A stretch of DNA of 64,000 bases from Escherichia coli (GCF_001677475.2 NZ_CP015229.1); one strand, 5' to 3'. Positions 41,966 to 61,278 are shown, numbered from the stretch's first letter. The notes: generated by a model not told the origin, from the sequence alone. Translations and numbers: made by a program.

Positions 41966-43106
41966 GGGTCGGTTTCTCGTTAATAAAATCCAGGGCTTCC
42001 GGCACCGGAAGATGAGTAGGTTGTACAGGGCGCTGTCCACCAGCCAGACGCCAGCGTTTCAGTTGCCAGACCCAGGCCAGCACTTCCGCCACTGCGGCGT
42101 ACAGTTGACCCGGGATTTGTTGACCGATCTCCGCATGTCGATACAGCGCTCGCGCCAGCGGCGGCGCTTCAAGCGTCGGGACGTTATTTTCAGCGCCAAT
42201 TTCACGAATGCGCAGCGCGACCAGCCCTGCACCTTTAGCGACCACTTTCGGTGCGCTCATTTTGTTTTCGTCATACTGCAACGCTACCGAATAGTGGGTC
42301 GGGTTATTGACAATGACATCCGCTTTCGGCACATCGGCCATCATCCGACGCCGTGCAGCAGCTCGCTGCATCTGACGGATCCGTCCTTTAACATGGGGGT
42401 CGCCTTCGCTTTGTTTGAACTCATCACGAATATCCTGCCGCGACATTCGCAGCTTTTTCAGGTGGCTGAAGATTTGGAAAAAGACGTCAAATCCCACCAT
42501 TGGAATGACACCAAGCACCACCAGCAGTGCGCATAGCCCTACCAAATCCATCGCATTACCCATGGCGGTAATCGGAGACTCGGCCATTAAGCGCATCATC
42601 TGCGGCCAGTGATGCCAGAGAAAAAACCCCGTCACGCTGCCAACCAGGATGGTTTTCAAAATTGCTTTAAGTAACTCCGCGCCAGTCTGTGCCGAGAACA
42701 TCCGTTTAATGCCCGGTAGCGGGTTGAGTTTGGAAAACTTCGGCTGCAAGGATTTGCCGCTAAATACCAGCCCTCCCAGCATGACCGGAGAAATGAGCGC
42801 CACCAGCACCACGCCGCTAATCAGCGGCAGCAGCGCCAGCATGGCTTCTCTGATCAGCAGAATAATTTGCCCGAGGATCAGATTCGGGTCATTGATAATA
42901 CTGTGATCAAAATGCAGCCCAGCGGAGAGCATGCCCGACAATCGACGGGCCAGCGACACACCGCCAAACCAGATAACACTAACGCCTACCAGCAAAATCA
43001 GCAGTGAAGTCAGTTCACGGGAACGCGGGATTTGCCCCTCTTCCCGCGCTTTTTCTAGTCGGTGAGGTGTGGGGGCTTCTGTTTTGTCGTCGCTCTCGTC
43101 AGACAC
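41958..43106 (-). CDS. flhB: Flagellar export apparatus protein FlhB (NPTH autocleavage)
   Basis: 382 aa; NPTH motif present; overlaps flhA start by 8 bp. Confidence 0.95.
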   Translation of the reverse strand: MSDESDDKTEAPTPHRLEKAREEGQIPRSRELTSLLILLVGVSVIWFGGVSLARRLSGMLSAGLHFDHSIINDPNLILGQIILLIREAMLALLPLISGVVLVALISPVMLGGLVFSGKSLQPKFSKLNPLPGIKRMFSAQTGAELLKAILKTILVGSVTGFFLWHHWPQMMRLMAESPITAMGNAMDLVGLCALLVVLGVIPMVGFDVFFQIFSHLKKLRMSRQDIRDEFKQSEGDPHVKGRIRQMQRAAARRRMMADVPKADVIVNNPTHYSVALQYDENKMSAPKVVAKGAGLVALRIREIGAENNVPTLEAPPLARALYRHAEIGQQIPGQLYAAVAEVLAWVWQLKRWRLAGGQRPVQPTHLPVPEALDFINEKPTHE

Positions 43107-43231
43107 GTCGCCAATCCTGGAAAGAGTATTAAGCGTAAATGATGCCAGATCGCAAAGCGTTCAATGGTTTGAGTAAGGGGCAAAACAGGCGGGATTTAGG
43201 GCTTTTGCTGCCACACATCAAGCATAGTGTG

Positions 43232-43300
43232 CGTTTGTCGGATGCGGCGTCATCGCGTTATCCGACCGCCTGATATGACGTAGTCACGCCACATCAGGCA
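43232..43300. repeat. REP elements between cheZ and flhB
   Basis: GTCGGATGCGGCGTCATCGCGTTATCCGAC and GCCACATCAGGCA units. Confidence 0.7.
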
Positions 43301-43307
43301 ATACAAA

Positions 43308-43952
43308 TCAAAATCCAAGACTATCCAACAAATCGTCCACCTGATCCTGACTGGCTACCACACCGGCTTTGCTGGTATCGACCTGAGGTCCATTAAGCAA
43401 ACTCTGGTTTTCACGCTTTGGACGCGACTCCTGTTCCGGGATGTTTTCCAACAGCACCATCAGCAACTGGCGTTCGATCTCCTGAATGACATCCATCATC
43501 CGCTTAATGACCTGTCCGGTGAGATCCTGAAAATCCTGCGCCATCATGATTTCCAGCAGTTGCGCGTTAGTAAAGCTGGTATGCGCGGGGACATCTGCCA
43601 GAAATTGCCGCGTATCTGTTACCAGTTCACGGGCGTCGGCAAGGTCAATCGGATCGGCAAACCAGTCATCCCAACGTTGGGTTAACGCTTTTGCTGATTT
43701 CTCCATTTGATCCTGATGCGGTTGTGACGCCTCAACACTGTTCAGCGCCCGCTCCGCAGCCTGGGCGGTCATCTGCACAACATAGTACAAACGATCGCGC
43801 GCATCGGGGATGGCTTCCGCCGCTTCGGCAATGGCCTGATCCAGCCCCAGTTCCCGCAAACTGTCGCGCAGCATACGCGTCAGGCTGCCGATGCGCGCAA
43901 TGATATCGCCAGCTGAATACTCGTCAGCAGGTTTGATTGATGGTTGCATCAT
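43308..43952 (-). CDS. cheZ: CheY-P phosphatase CheZ
   Basis: 214 aa from [18 protein letters not shown]. Confidence 0.95.
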   Translation of the reverse strand: MMQPSIKPADEYSAGDIIARIGSLTRMLRDSLRELGLDQAIAEAAEAIPDARDRLYYVVQMTAQAAERALNSVEASQPHQDQMEKSAKALTQRWDDWFADPIDLADARELVTDTRQFLADVPAHTSFTNAQLLEIMMAQDFQDLTGQVIKRMMDVIQEIERQLLMVLLENIPEQESRPKRENQSLLNGPQVDTSKAGVVASQDQVDDLLDSLGF

Positions 43953-43962
43953 AGTCGCATCC

Positions 43963-45416
<1,454 letters not shown>

Positions 45417-45418
45417 CG

Positions 45419-46279
45419 TTAATCCTTACTTAGCGCATACACCGTCTGACCACGCAGCGTGAAGCGGCGCTCGAGGTGGCTAAAGTTTTCAGAGTGACCC
45501 GCAAACAGCAATCCGTCGGGTTTAAGGAGCGAAACAAAGCGGCGCAAAATCTCCTGCTGGGTAGTTTGATCGAAGTAGATCATGACGTTACGACAGAAGA
45601 TCGCATCAAACGGCCCCGGCACGGTGTACTGTTTCGCCAGTAGATTCAGCGGGGTAAAATCAACATAGTTCGCCAGCTCCTGACGCACGCGTACCAGCCC
45701 TTCATGCGGTCCCGTCCCTCGCATGAAATACCGTTGCAGTTGCTGCGGCGTCAGGTTTTTCAACTCTTCATGGCGATAAATAGCGCTTCTGGCTTTTTCC
45801 AGCACTTCGGTGTCGATATCGCTGGCAAACACTTTCCAGCGTCCGGGCGCTGTGCCCAATGTGTCAGCCAGCGTCATCGCAATGCTGTACGGCTCTTCGC
45901 CGGTCGAAGCCGCCGCGCTCCATACGCGATACTCGCCAGAACGGCGACGTGCGTGATCCGCGAGCAGAGGGAAATGATGAGCCTCACGGAAAAATGCTGT
46001 CAGATTCGTGGTCAACGAATTGATAAACGCCTGCCACTCACCGCTGTGCTGATTAGATTCCAGCAAGTTCAGGTAATGGCCGAAATCCGTCAGTCCCAGC
46101 GAACGCAAACGACGAACCAGTCGGTTGTAAACCATGTCGCGTTTATGATCGGCCAGGACGATCCCGGCTCGTTGATAGATCAATTGACTTATCCGCCGAA
46201 AATGCGCGTCGGAAAGCGCCAGGCGCTCGGTCATCTGTAACAATAAAGACGTTTGCCCACAGGGCAGAGATGAAGTCAT
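45419..46279 (-). CDS. cheR: Chemotaxis methyltransferase CheR
   Basis: 286 aa; SAM-dependent MTase. Confidence 0.96.
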   Translation of the reverse strand: MTSSLPCGQTSLLLQMTERLALSDAHFRRISQLIYQRAGIVLADHKRDMVYNRLVRRLRSLGLTDFGHYLNLLESNQHSGEWQAFINSLTTNLTAFFREAHHFPLLADHARRRSGEYRVWSAAASTGEEPYSIAMTLADTLGTAPGRWKVFASDIDTEVLEKARSAIYRHEELKNLTPQQLQRYFMRGTGPHEGLVRVRQELANYVDFTPLNLLAKQYTVPGPFDAIFCRNVMIYFDQTTQQEILRRFVSLLKPDGLLFAGHSENFSHLERRFTLRGQTVYALSKD

Positions 46280-46297
46280 AGCGCCTTCTCAATCACT

Positions 46298-47899
46298 TCA
46301 GGATACCACTGGCGCAATTTGTAACTGCGCCGACTCATGTCGTGCTACTTCATGTTCTTCAAGGGTAAATACCACCACACGCGACGAAAGATGGTCGGCC
46401 TGATTCGCCAGTTGTTCCGTTGCCACCGCCGCTTCTTCTACCAGCGAGGCGTTCTGCTGAGTCACCTGATCCATCTGGCTGACAGCCTGTGCAACCTGCT
46501 CAATCCCCCGCCGTTGTTCTTCCGACGCCGAAGCAATTTCTCCCATAATGTCGTTCACGCGGGTCACCGAACTGACAATATCGGTCATGGTCGCGGCGGC
46601 GTTATTCACCAGTTTCGACCCCTGCTGGACACGATTGACTGACTCTTCGATCAGCCCTTTGATCTCTTTTGCTGCCTGCGCGCTACGGCTGGCAAGATTG
46701 CGCACTTCACCTGCCACTACCGCAAAACCACGCCCCTGCTCTCCGGCGCGAGCCGCTTCCACTGCCGCATTCAGGGCCAGAATATTGGTCTGGAAAGCAA
46801 TTCCGTCGATAACGCTGATAATGTCGCCAATTTTTTGCGAGCTGGTGGCGATCTCCTGCATGGTGTGAGTCATGGTACTGACTTGAACACCGCCCGCCTG
46901 CGCCGTTGTCGCGGCATTTTTTGCCAGTTCCGACGCCTGTCGTGCGTTATCGGCGTTTTGCCCTACCGTGGCGGTTAATTGCTCCATACTGGCGGCCGTT
47001 TGTGCCAGCGATGCCGCCTGCTGTTCGGTACGACTTGAGAGATCGTTATTGCCTGCGACAATCTCCGCGATACCAATGTGCATCTCCTGGCTTCCCTTAC
47101 GCACATCACTCACCGTCCCACGCAAAGCCTGCTGCATGGTCTTCAGGCTGGCAAAAATGGCGGTGATCTCATTACGACCATATACCGCAATCGGACGCGC
47201 CAGATTACCCGCAGCAATGCTGTCAAAATGGCTACCGATAATGGCCAGTGGTTGAACAATCATCTTGCGCGTCCACCACAGCGCACTGCTGATGTAGATT
47301 GCCGCAACAATAATCATGCTGATAAACACCAGCGCCGAAATCTGATAGTTACGCTGACTTTGCGTACTGGCGGCTTCCAGCACATGGTTGATCTCCAGCT
47401 GCCAGGCCTCAAAGTTAACGTCAAACGCATTCTGTGATCCCTGCACCGGCGCAGTGAGGAAATCCGAAAGTTGATTACTTTCAAGCCAGGTCGCCTGATG
47501 TTCGAGATCGTTGTGCCAGCGGGCAAAACTTTTCTCCGTCTCTTTTTGCAACGCCCTGACGTGCTCGTTGCCCGCAGTCATCGCCATAAAACTTTTAAAC
47601 AGCGTGGTGGATTGCGTCAGACTGGCGCGCGCCGTCGTCATCAACGTTTTAATGTCATCCGCCGGATAGCTAAGCGCCGTCAGAGTGCCTGCTTTGTTCA
47701 GCGCGGTACTGGCCTGTAACATTACCGCCCGAGTTTGCGCTAATGCCGCACGTTGCTGATTGCTCTGCTCGACCTGATTCAGTCGTTGCAAATCGTCGCG
47801 AAATGCCCAAAAAGACATGCCGTTACTGCCAATCTGCAAGATCCCGCAGAGAATCAAAATTAAAAACAGCGTGGTCGAAATTCGAATACGATTAAACAT
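46298..47899 (-). CDS. tap: Methyl-accepting chemotaxis protein IV (dipeptide/pyrimidine sensor)
   Basis: 533 aa; ends with the NWETF-like pentapeptide region reduced (QIAPVVS terminus) as expected for Tap. Confidence 0.93.
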   Translation of the reverse strand: MFNRIRISTTLFLILILCGILQIGSNGMSFWAFRDDLQRLNQVEQSNQQRAALAQTRAVMLQASTALNKAGTLTALSYPADDIKTLMTTARASLTQSTTLFKSFMAMTAGNEHVRALQKETEKSFARWHNDLEHQATWLESNQLSDFLTAPVQGSQNAFDVNFEAWQLEINHVLEAASTQSQRNYQISALVFISMIIVAAIYISSALWWTRKMIVQPLAIIGSHFDSIAAGNLARPIAVYGRNEITAIFASLKTMQQALRGTVSDVRKGSQEMHIGIAEIVAGNNDLSSRTEQQAASLAQTAASMEQLTATVGQNADNARQASELAKNAATTAQAGGVQVSTMTHTMQEIATSSQKIGDIISVIDGIAFQTNILALNAAVEAARAGEQGRGFAVVAGEVRNLASRSAQAAKEIKGLIEESVNRVQQGSKLVNNAAATMTDIVSSVTRVNDIMGEIASASEEQRRGIEQVAQAVSQMDQVTQQNASLVEEAAVATEQLANQADHLSSRVVVFTLEEHEVARHESAQLQIAPVVS

Positions 47900-47944
47900 C
47901 AACGCTCCCCATCAGGCGGCAATGACCGCGTTAGTAAATACTCG

Positions 47945-49606
47945 TCAAAATGTTTCCCAGTTTGGATCTTGTTCAGCAATTCGCAGTCGTGGCTGTGCCG
48001 GTGGTTGCTCACTGGCAGGACGGGATGATGTTTGCTGTTTATTGGTGAGTGGGCTGGCTGCCAGACGAAACGCGGAAACCGCTTGCGTTAAACGACTGGC
48101 CTGTTCTTCCAGCGCAGCTGCGGCGGCAGCTGATTCCTGCACCAGCGATGCGTTCTGTTGCGTGACGCGATCCATTTCCGAAACCGCCAATGCGACTTGA
48201 TCGATGCCACGGCTCTGTTCATCCGATGCCGATGCAATCTCGCCCATAATGTCAGTCACGCGAGTGACAGCATTGACGATATTGTTCATTGTTTCCCCAG
48301 CGCTTTCGACCAGCACCGAACCGGTATCAACGCGCGAGACGGAGTCTTCAATGAGGGCTTTGATCTCTTTTGCCGCCTGGGCGCTGCGACTGGCAAGATT
48401 ACGCACTTCACCCGCCACCACGGCAAAACCACGGCCCTGTTCACCCGCACGCGCGGCCTCAACCGCGGCATTCAGCGCGAGGATATTAGTCTGGAAGGCA
48501 ATACCGTCGATAACGCTAATAATGTCGGCGATTTTCTTCGAACTATCGGCGATCTCATGCATCGTTTTCACTACGCCATCCACCACTTTGCCGCCGTGCT
48601 GGGCGGTGTCGGAGGCACTTTGCGCCAGTTGCGAGGCCTGGCGGGCGTTATCAGCGTTTTGCTTCACTGTCGCGGTGAGCTGCTCCATGCTGGCGGCAGT
48701 TTCTTCCAGCGCGGATGCCTGCTGTTCAGTACGGGAGGAAAGATCGGTGTTGCCCGCCGCAATTTCACGGGTACCGGCATAGATGGCATCGGAACCTTCG
48801 CGCACATGAGTGACGGTGTCAGTCAAAGAGCGTTGCATATGTGAAACGCTCTGCGCCAGGTCGCCCATTTCACTGCGCCCGTCAATGGTCAGGGTATTCG
48901 CCAGGTTACCACCGGCGATTTCGCGAATATGAGCAATAATTTTTGCCAGCGGTGTAAGCAACATACGGCGAATGCCGTACCACGCCACCAGCAGAATCAA
49001 TACCACCACCAGCGCAATAACCGCCAGTTGCCACTGGGCAAATCGGTAATCATCTGCGTTGTCAGTGACGATATCGCGATACAGTTTTTCACTGCTGAGG
49101 GCGTACTGAGCAAACGCTTCGCCCATTGCATTTTGCATTCCCTGGGTTGGCTGAGCGAAATAAGCTCCAGTATTGCCATAATCAAGATAATCAATCAGTT
49201 CAGTTAACGCTGTGTGATAGTTTTTATATTTTTCATCAATATTACGACTGGTAGCGACCATTTCAGGTAACGGTGCCATGCTTTTGAATTTTTTATAATG
49301 AGTCGCTGCCTGGGCCAATGTTTTCCTGGCGCTATCGAGTAATTCAACTTTGGCGTTACTTTGTTGATTTGAGGAATCCATCATCATCCGTACCGCTGAA
49401 CGACTCAGGTTAATGCGCGTTTGCAGCATTAAATCCCAGGTTGACGTCAGCTCGCCCTGCTGTTCCCGTAATTGATTGGAAACCACAAAGCTCTTCTGGC
49501 TATGGTGAAGGGAAGAAAAAAACAGACTGCCGGAAATAAGCTGTAACAGTGCGAATACCCCCAGCACCATTACCAACAGCGTGACTACGCGGATACGGTT
49601 AATCAT
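47945..49606 (-). CDS. tar: Methyl-accepting chemotaxis protein II (aspartate/maltose sensor)
   Basis: 553 aa from [23 protein letters not shown]-terminal NWETF pentapeptide present. Confidence 0.95.
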   Translation of the reverse strand: MINRIRVVTLLVMVLGVFALLQLISGSLFFSSLHHSQKSFVVSNQLREQQGELTSTWDLMLQTRINLSRSAVRMMMDSSNQQSNAKVELLDSARKTLAQAATHYKKFKSMAPLPEMVATSRNIDEKYKNYHTALTELIDYLDYGNTGAYFAQPTQGMQNAMGEAFAQYALSSEKLYRDIVTDNADDYRFAQWQLAVIALVVVLILLVAWYGIRRMLLTPLAKIIAHIREIAGGNLANTLTIDGRSEMGDLAQSVSHMQRSLTDTVTHVREGSDAIYAGTREIAAGNTDLSSRTEQQASALEETAASMEQLTATVKQNADNARQASQLAQSASDTAQHGGKVVDGVVKTMHEIADSSKKIADIISVIDGIAFQTNILALNAAVEAARAGEQGRGFAVVAGEVRNLASRSAQAAKEIKALIEDSVSRVDTGSVLVESAGETMNNIVNAVTRVTDIMGEIASASDEQSRGIDQVALAVSEMDRVTQQNASLVQESAAAAAALEEQASRLTQAVSAFRLAASPLTNKQQTSSRPASEQPPAQPRLRIAEQDPNWETF

Positions 49607-49637
49607 AAGGCACCTTCCTGAAAACAAGTTGATCTCG

Positions 49638-49664
49638 TTATCGGCAAGGAGGGGGGAAACTTTA
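49638..49664 (-). promoter_or_regulatory. Sigma-28 (FliA) class III promoter of the tar-tap-cheRBYZ operon
   Basis: Minus strand reads TAAAGTTT-N11-GCCGATAA, an exact match to the FliA consensus, about 30 bp upstream of the tar start. Confidence 0.85.
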
Positions 49665-49684
49665 TTGCAGATGCCACCTACCGC

Positions 49685-49712
49685 TAAATTGAAATAAAAA
49701 ACCCGATGCGCA
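49685..49712 (-). terminator. Rho-independent terminator downstream of cheW
   Basis: CCCGATG-CGCAGAT-CATCGGG hairpin followed by a U-run on the minus strand. Confidence 0.75.
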
Positions 49713-49750
49713 GATCATCGGGTTCATTTCAATTGAGGAAATCAGGAGAA

Positions 49751-50254
49751 TTACGCCACTTCTGACGCCGCGCTATCTAACAGCGCCATCTCTTCGCTGT
49801 TCAGCAGTTTTTCGATGTTCACCAGAATCAACATGCGGTCACCCAGTGCGCCCAGTCCAGTGAGATATTCTGTTGAAAGCGTCACGGCAAATTCCGGTGC
49901 CGGACGAATTTGCTCCGCCGTCAATGAAAGCACATCTGAGACGCCGTCAACCACGATGCCGACCACCCGCTGTCCGAGATTCAGGACGATAACTACCGTG
50001 TTGTCGTTATAGTCCACATCCACCTGGCTGAACTTAATTCGTAAGTCAACAATCGGCACAATAACGCCGCGCAGATTCGTGACGCCTTTGATAAACGCAG
50101 GCGTGTTCGCAATCCGTGTTACCTGATCGTAGCCACGAATCTCCTGCACTTTCAGGATATCAATACCGTACTCTTCATCACCAAGGGTAAATACCAGAAA
50201 TTCCTGGCCTGACGGCTCGCTGGCCAGCTTTGTTACATTCGTCATACCGGTCAT
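49751..50254 (-). CDS. cheW: Chemotaxis coupling protein CheW
   Basis: 167 aa; [25 protein letters not shown]. Confidence 0.96.
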
Positions 50255-50274
50255 ATTGTTACCTTTTTACTCAT

Positions 50275-53166
<2,892 letters not shown>

Positions 53167-53170
<4 letters not shown>

Positions 53171-54054
53171 GCTTCCTCGGTTGTCGTCTGTTGTTGCGGA
53201 TTTTTCACCGCACGCACATGCTCTTCCAGTTCAATAAACGATGGACGTTCGCTGGAATAGAGCGTTTTGCGACCAAACTCAACGGCGATAGGCGGTGCGT
53301 AACCGTTCAGATTAGAAAGCAGTGTGACTTTGACGCATTGCATCATTTTGCTGGTTTCGGCGCTTTTCTGACGTAAAACACTCGCTAATGGGGAAATAAA
53401 TCCGTAAGCCAATAAAATACCGAGGAAAGTCCCCACCATCGCATGTGCGATAAGCGCCCCCAGCTCGGCGGCAGGACGATCGGCTGAACCTAACGCGTGA
53501 ACGACCCCCATCACAGCCGCGACAATACCAAACGCCGGAAGTGAGTCCCCGACCAGCGCCAGACTGTTCGCCGGGACTTCTGCCTCGCTTTCGTGCGTCT
53601 CAATCTCTTCATCCATCAGGGCTTCGATTTCGAAGGTGTTCATGTGACCGCTGATAATCAGGCGCAGATAATCGACGATAAAATCAAGCATGACGCTATC
53701 CGCGAGGATGCGTGGGTAGCTGGCGAAGATCTCGCTCTCACGGGGATTTTCAATATCACGTTCCAGCGAAAACATCCCCATCTGCCGCGATTTCGCCATC
53801 AACCGATAAAGCAGAGCCAGCAGATCCATATACATTGCTTTGGTGTATTTGGAGCGACGAAACAGCAACGGCAGCGCCTTCAGCGTGCCTTTAATCGCTT
53901 TGCCATTATTGCCGACGATAAACGACCCAATCCCTGCACCGGCAATAATCACCAGTTCAGCGGGTTGATAGAGTGCTCCAAGGCTTCCACCGGTCATCAA
54001 ATAACCGCCGAAAACTGTACCGAGAACAACCAGGTAACCTAATAAGATAAGCAC
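53167..54054 (-). CDS. motA: Flagellar motor stator protein MotA; GTG start
   Basis: 295 aa from (GTG)[16 protein letters not shown]. Confidence 0.96.
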
Positions 54055-54122
54055 GACATCATCCTTCCACTGTTGACCATGACAGGATGTTCAGTCGTCA
54101 GGCGTTAACGCGCGATTGGGGC

Positions 54123-54155
54123 AAAAAAAAGCAGCGGTACGTCGTTACCGCTGCT
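54123..54155 (-). terminator. Rho-independent terminator downstream of flhC
   Basis: CAGCGGTAACGACGTACCGCTG hairpin followed by a run of 8 U on the minus strand. Confidence 0.7.
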
Positions 54156-54180
54156 GGAATGTTGCGCCACACCGTATCAG

Positions 54181-54759
54181 TTAAACAGCCTGTACTCTCT
54201 GTTCATCCAGCAGTTGTGGGATAATATCGGCACGATTCTGGGAAAGTTTACGTCTTTTTACTGCCCGGGATGGCGGTTGACATAAGCTGCAGGCAAAGCT
54301 GCCAACAGGCTGGTGAGCGTGGGTAATAAAATTGCCGCCGCAGCAGTTGCAGCTGGAAAGTTGCAGTAATCCACTTTCAACAAACCGCACCAATGTCCAG
54401 GCACGGGTTAATGCCAGCAGCGGTCCTTCTTTTGCTTGCGGGCACTGTTCAAGGTATAAACGGTAAGCTTTGATCACCGCATCGACGCCATTACACAAAC
54501 CGGTTTTCAGTAAAAACTGCCATGCATTACAGAACATCGAAGCATGAACATTTTGTTCCCAGGTCATAAACCAGTCGGTTGAGAATGGCAGCATGCCTTT
54601 CGGCGGTGGGCTTCCGCGCAGTTCTTTATAAAGTTTTATCAGGCGTCCGCGACTTAACTGTGTTTCGCTTTCCAACATCTGCAAACGAGCGCCCAGGGTG
54701 ATCAATTCCATTGCCAGCTGAATATCCCGCGCTTCCTGAACAATGCTTTTTTCACTCAT
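54181..54759 (-). CDS. flhC: Flagellar master regulator subunit FlhC
   Basis: 192 aa; Zn-binding cysteines ([24 protein letters not shown]). Confidence 0.96.
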   Translation of the reverse strand: MSEKSIVQEARDIQLAMELITLGARLQMLESETQLSRGRLIKLYKELRGSPPPKGMLPFSTDWFMTWEQNVHASMFCNAWQFLLKTGLCNGVDAVIKAYRLYLEQCPQAKEGPLLALTRAWTLVRFVESGLLQLSSCNCCGGNFITHAHQPVGSFACSLCQPPSRAVKRRKLSQNRADIIPQLLDEQRVQAV

Positions 54760-54761
54760 GA

Positions 54762-55112
54762 TCAGGCCCTTTTCTTGCGCAGCGCTTCTTCAGGCTGATT
54801 AACATCATTCAGCAAGCGTGTTGAGAGCATGATGCCGGTATGAATTTGCTGGAGATCGTCAACGCGGGAATCTTGCGTCAACTGAGTAATCGTCTGGTGG
54901 CTGTCAAAACGGAAGTGACAAACCAGTTGATTGGTTTCTGCCAGCTTAACCATTTGCGGAAGAGTCAGTGCCGCTAACGTTGTCGCCATTTCTTCATTTA
55001 TGCCGAGACGAAACATTGCGGACGCTTTGTCCTGAACAATCAGACGCTGTGCAAGTAGTAAATATGACAAGTTGATGTCATAAATGTGTTTCAGCAACTC
55101 GGAGGTATGCAT
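54762..55112 (-). CDS. flhD: Flagellar master regulator subunit FlhD
   Basis: 116 aa from [24 protein letters not shown]; the six-frame ORF adds 3 codons. Confidence 0.95.
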
Positions 55113-55374
55113 TATTCCCACCCAGAATAACCAACTTTATTTTTATGCGGTCTCACCGCACCCCGTGATGTCGCCGGGAAGCCCCGGTAAAAAATAATTA
55201 GCATTAGAATAGTTGCGATAAGCTGCAATAGGCAGAGCCCCTTTTTGGGATTTAATAAGTCCTTACAAATAGAAGGGGTTCTTTACACTTATCTAAGATT
55301 TTTCCTAAATCGACGCAACTTTACTCGTCACTACACGCACATACAACGGAGGGGGGCTGCGATTTTCAATAATG

Positions 55375-55390
55375 TGTGATGCAGATCACA
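55375..55390. promoter_or_regulatory. CRP binding site in the flhDC class I promoter
   Basis: TGTGATGCAGATCACA, a perfect TGTGA-N6-TCACA palindrome about 265 bp upstream of the flhD ATG, consistent with the long flhD leader. Confidence 0.8.
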
Positions 55391-55892
55391 CAAAACGCTC
55401 AATTACTTAACATAAATGTATAAGTCATACTTTTGTTTTGGGTGTATTTCAATCTGTTAAAAAGTTTTTCGCGACGCTAGCAAGCAAAAATGAAACAGGA
55501 ATAATCGAAATGGGATGTTGCGCACAGTTAAAATAACTCACCGTAAATAATCATCTGCTATAAATAATTGCTTTAATGCAATACCAGATAAGCTATTTTT
55601 AAACAGACACTTACCGCACAACAAACTAATTAAATACAAAGAAAGGCAACAATCAACTTAATGTTAATAAAATGTTTTACATATATTAACCACTTGTTTA
55701 ATATGGAGAATCAGTACATTATTTTCTTATAATTACAGTTGAAATCATATGATCACCGAGAGTGATTGATTAATTGTATTTACTAATAATCAGACTAATA
55801 TTTACCTGTTTGACTGAGTTGGGATTGCGTCGATTCTCCATTAGGAGTAAAGCTTTAATGTCACCTGAAGTTCACAGAATAAGGAACAGGTT

Positions 55893-56321
55893 ATGAGCTA
55901 TAGCAATATTCTTGTCGCTGTTGCGGTTACACCGGAAAGTCAGCAACTGCTGGCAAAAGCAGTATCTATCGCCAGGCCAGTAAAGGGACACATCAGTTTA
56001 ATTACTCTCGCTTCCGACCCGGAAATGTACAATCAATTAGCTGCGCCGATGCTTGAAGATTTACGCAGCGTGATGCAGGAAGAAACGCAAAGCTTTCTTG
56101 ATAAGTTAATTCAGGATGCGGGGTATCCCGTTGACAAGACGTTTATTGCCTACGGTGAGTTAAGCGAACATATTCTGGAAGTTTGTCGCAAATATCATTT
56201 CGATTTGGTGATTTGCGGTAATCACAATCACAGTTTCTTTTCGCGAGCATCCTGCTCGGCGAAAAGAGTGATTGCCTCTAGTGAGGTCGATGTGCTGTTA
56301 GTTCCACTTACGGGAGATTAA
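55893..56321 (+). CDS. uspC: Universal stress protein C
   Basis: 142 aa; MSYSNILVAVAVTPESQQLLAKAVSIARP. Confidence 0.92.
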   Translation: MSYSNILVAVAVTPESQQLLAKAVSIARPVKGHISLITLASDPEMYNQLAAPMLEDLRSVMQEETQSFLDKLIQDAGYPVDKTFIAYGELSEHILEVCRKYHFDLVICGNHNHSFFSRASCSAKRVIASSEVDVLLVPLTGD

Positions 56322-56327
56322 CCGCTC

Positions 56328-59680
<3,353 letters not shown>

Positions 59681-59694
59681 CATACTCTCCTTAC

Positions 59695-61209
59695 TCAGGC
59701 AACTGCCTGGCTGACTTTAGGCATCGCAAGGCTCAGTGCCTGACGCTCATCTGCCTGCTCGTGTAACAATTCACCGGCGATTTCGCCTTCCCGCATCACC
59801 ACAATCCGGTCGGCAACGCCGAGGACTTCAGGTAAGTCGCTGGAGGCAAACAGCACCGCCACGCCCTGCGCTGCCAGCGCATAAATCACGTTGTAAATTT
59901 CATGCTTAGCACCAACATCAATGCCGCGCGTAGGTTCATCCAGCAAAATGACCTTCATCTCTTCCGATAACCAGCGGCCCAGAATGGCTTTTTGCTGATT
60001 TCCGCCTGAAAGATTCATGATCAGTTGCTCTGCGCCCGGCGTTTTGATGTTGAGCGAACGAATGTGGTGATCGGCATTGTTTTCTTCCCAACCGTTGTTG
60101 ATTACACAACCGCCGAGCACATGTTTGCGTCTGGCACTGATGTTGATATTGTCGCGAACGGAGTGCACAGGAATAATGCCTTCCGCTTTGCGATCTTCCG
60201 GGCAGAGCATCATGCCTGCGGCAATAGCGTGGCTCGGTTTACGAATATCGATCGGCTGTTGGTCGATATAAACCTGACCGGCGGTGATTTGCGTCCCGCC
60301 AAACATGCCTTTCATTAATTCGCTACGCCCCGCCCCTACCAGACCAAACAGCCCAACAATTTCACCACTGCGAACCGCCAGACTTATTGGCGTACGCACG
60401 CCTGGTGCTTTCACAGCATCAAGACGCAGGCGCTCCTCGCCATAACTACGCGGTTGCCAGCCGTAGATATCGCCAATGTCGCGCCCGACCATCGCCTGCA
60501 CCAGCGCGTCGTGGTCAACCTGCTGCATATCGGTAAAGGTTTTGACATAACGTCCATCTTTAAAGACAGTGATGGCATCGCTGAGGGCAAATATTTCTTC
60601 CATACGGTGAGAAACGTATAAGATCACCCGCCCCTCTTTTCGCAGTTCACGAATAACGCGGAAAAGATTGTCGATTTCGCGGGCAGAGAGGGAGCTGGTT
60701 GGCTCATCAAAGGCGATAATTTTAGCGTTACGAGCCAGCGCTTTGGCGATTTCAACCATCTGCCACTGACCAATGGAGAGATATTTCAGCGGCGTGTCCG
60801 GGTCAATATCCATACCAAGATGTTTAAGTTGTAAACCCGCCTCATAATTCAGCAATGAGCGATTCACAATGCCGCCTTTATGCGGCAGCTGGCCGAGATA
60901 GATGTTTTCCGCGACGGTCATTTCCGGCACGAGATGCAGTTCCTGGTAAATAATCGCCACACCCGCGTTAAGTGCTGCGGTCGTGTCGGAAAAGGACATT
61001 TCCTGCCCATTAATCACTACAGAACCCGTGGTTGGCGCATAGTTGCCGCTGAGGATTTTTAAGAGAGTTGATTTTCCTGCGCCATTTTCACCCATCAACG
61101 CATGAACCTGACCGGCATAGCAGTCAAAACTAATATCCGTCAGCGCCTTAACGCCGGGAAACGTTTTACCGATGCCGCGAAATGAGAGATACGGGGTAGA
61201 CTGTTGCAT
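59695..61209 (-). CDS. araG: L-arabinose ABC transporter ATP-binding protein (duplicated ABC domains)
   Basis: 504 aa from [20 protein letters not shown]; two Walker A motifs ([18 protein letters not shown]). Confidence 0.94.
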
Positions 61210-61278
61210 AACGTCTCCGTGAATCACTGGTCGTTCACACCCCCTCTGCATCATGCAGAGGGGAATTTTTCCGGCAAA

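Noticed and set aside
41679-42536. 285-aa plus-strand ORF
   Set aside because: Antisense across the flhA/flhB junction; Arg/Ser-rich shadow frame.
48158-48844. 228-aa and 192-aa plus-strand ORFs, with similar ones at 46,548-46,868
   Set aside because: Antisense to tar and tap coding sequence. Ala/Ser/Arg-rich translations generated by the GC-rich third codon positions of the receptor genes; duplicated only because tar and tap are paralogs.
54055-54180. Attempt to assign a sigma-28 promoter (and the motA-leader-derived sRNA) upstream of motA
   Set aside because: I could read the flhC terminator but could not identify a convincing TAAA-N15-GCCGATAA element by eye in this gap. Not annotated rather than guessed.
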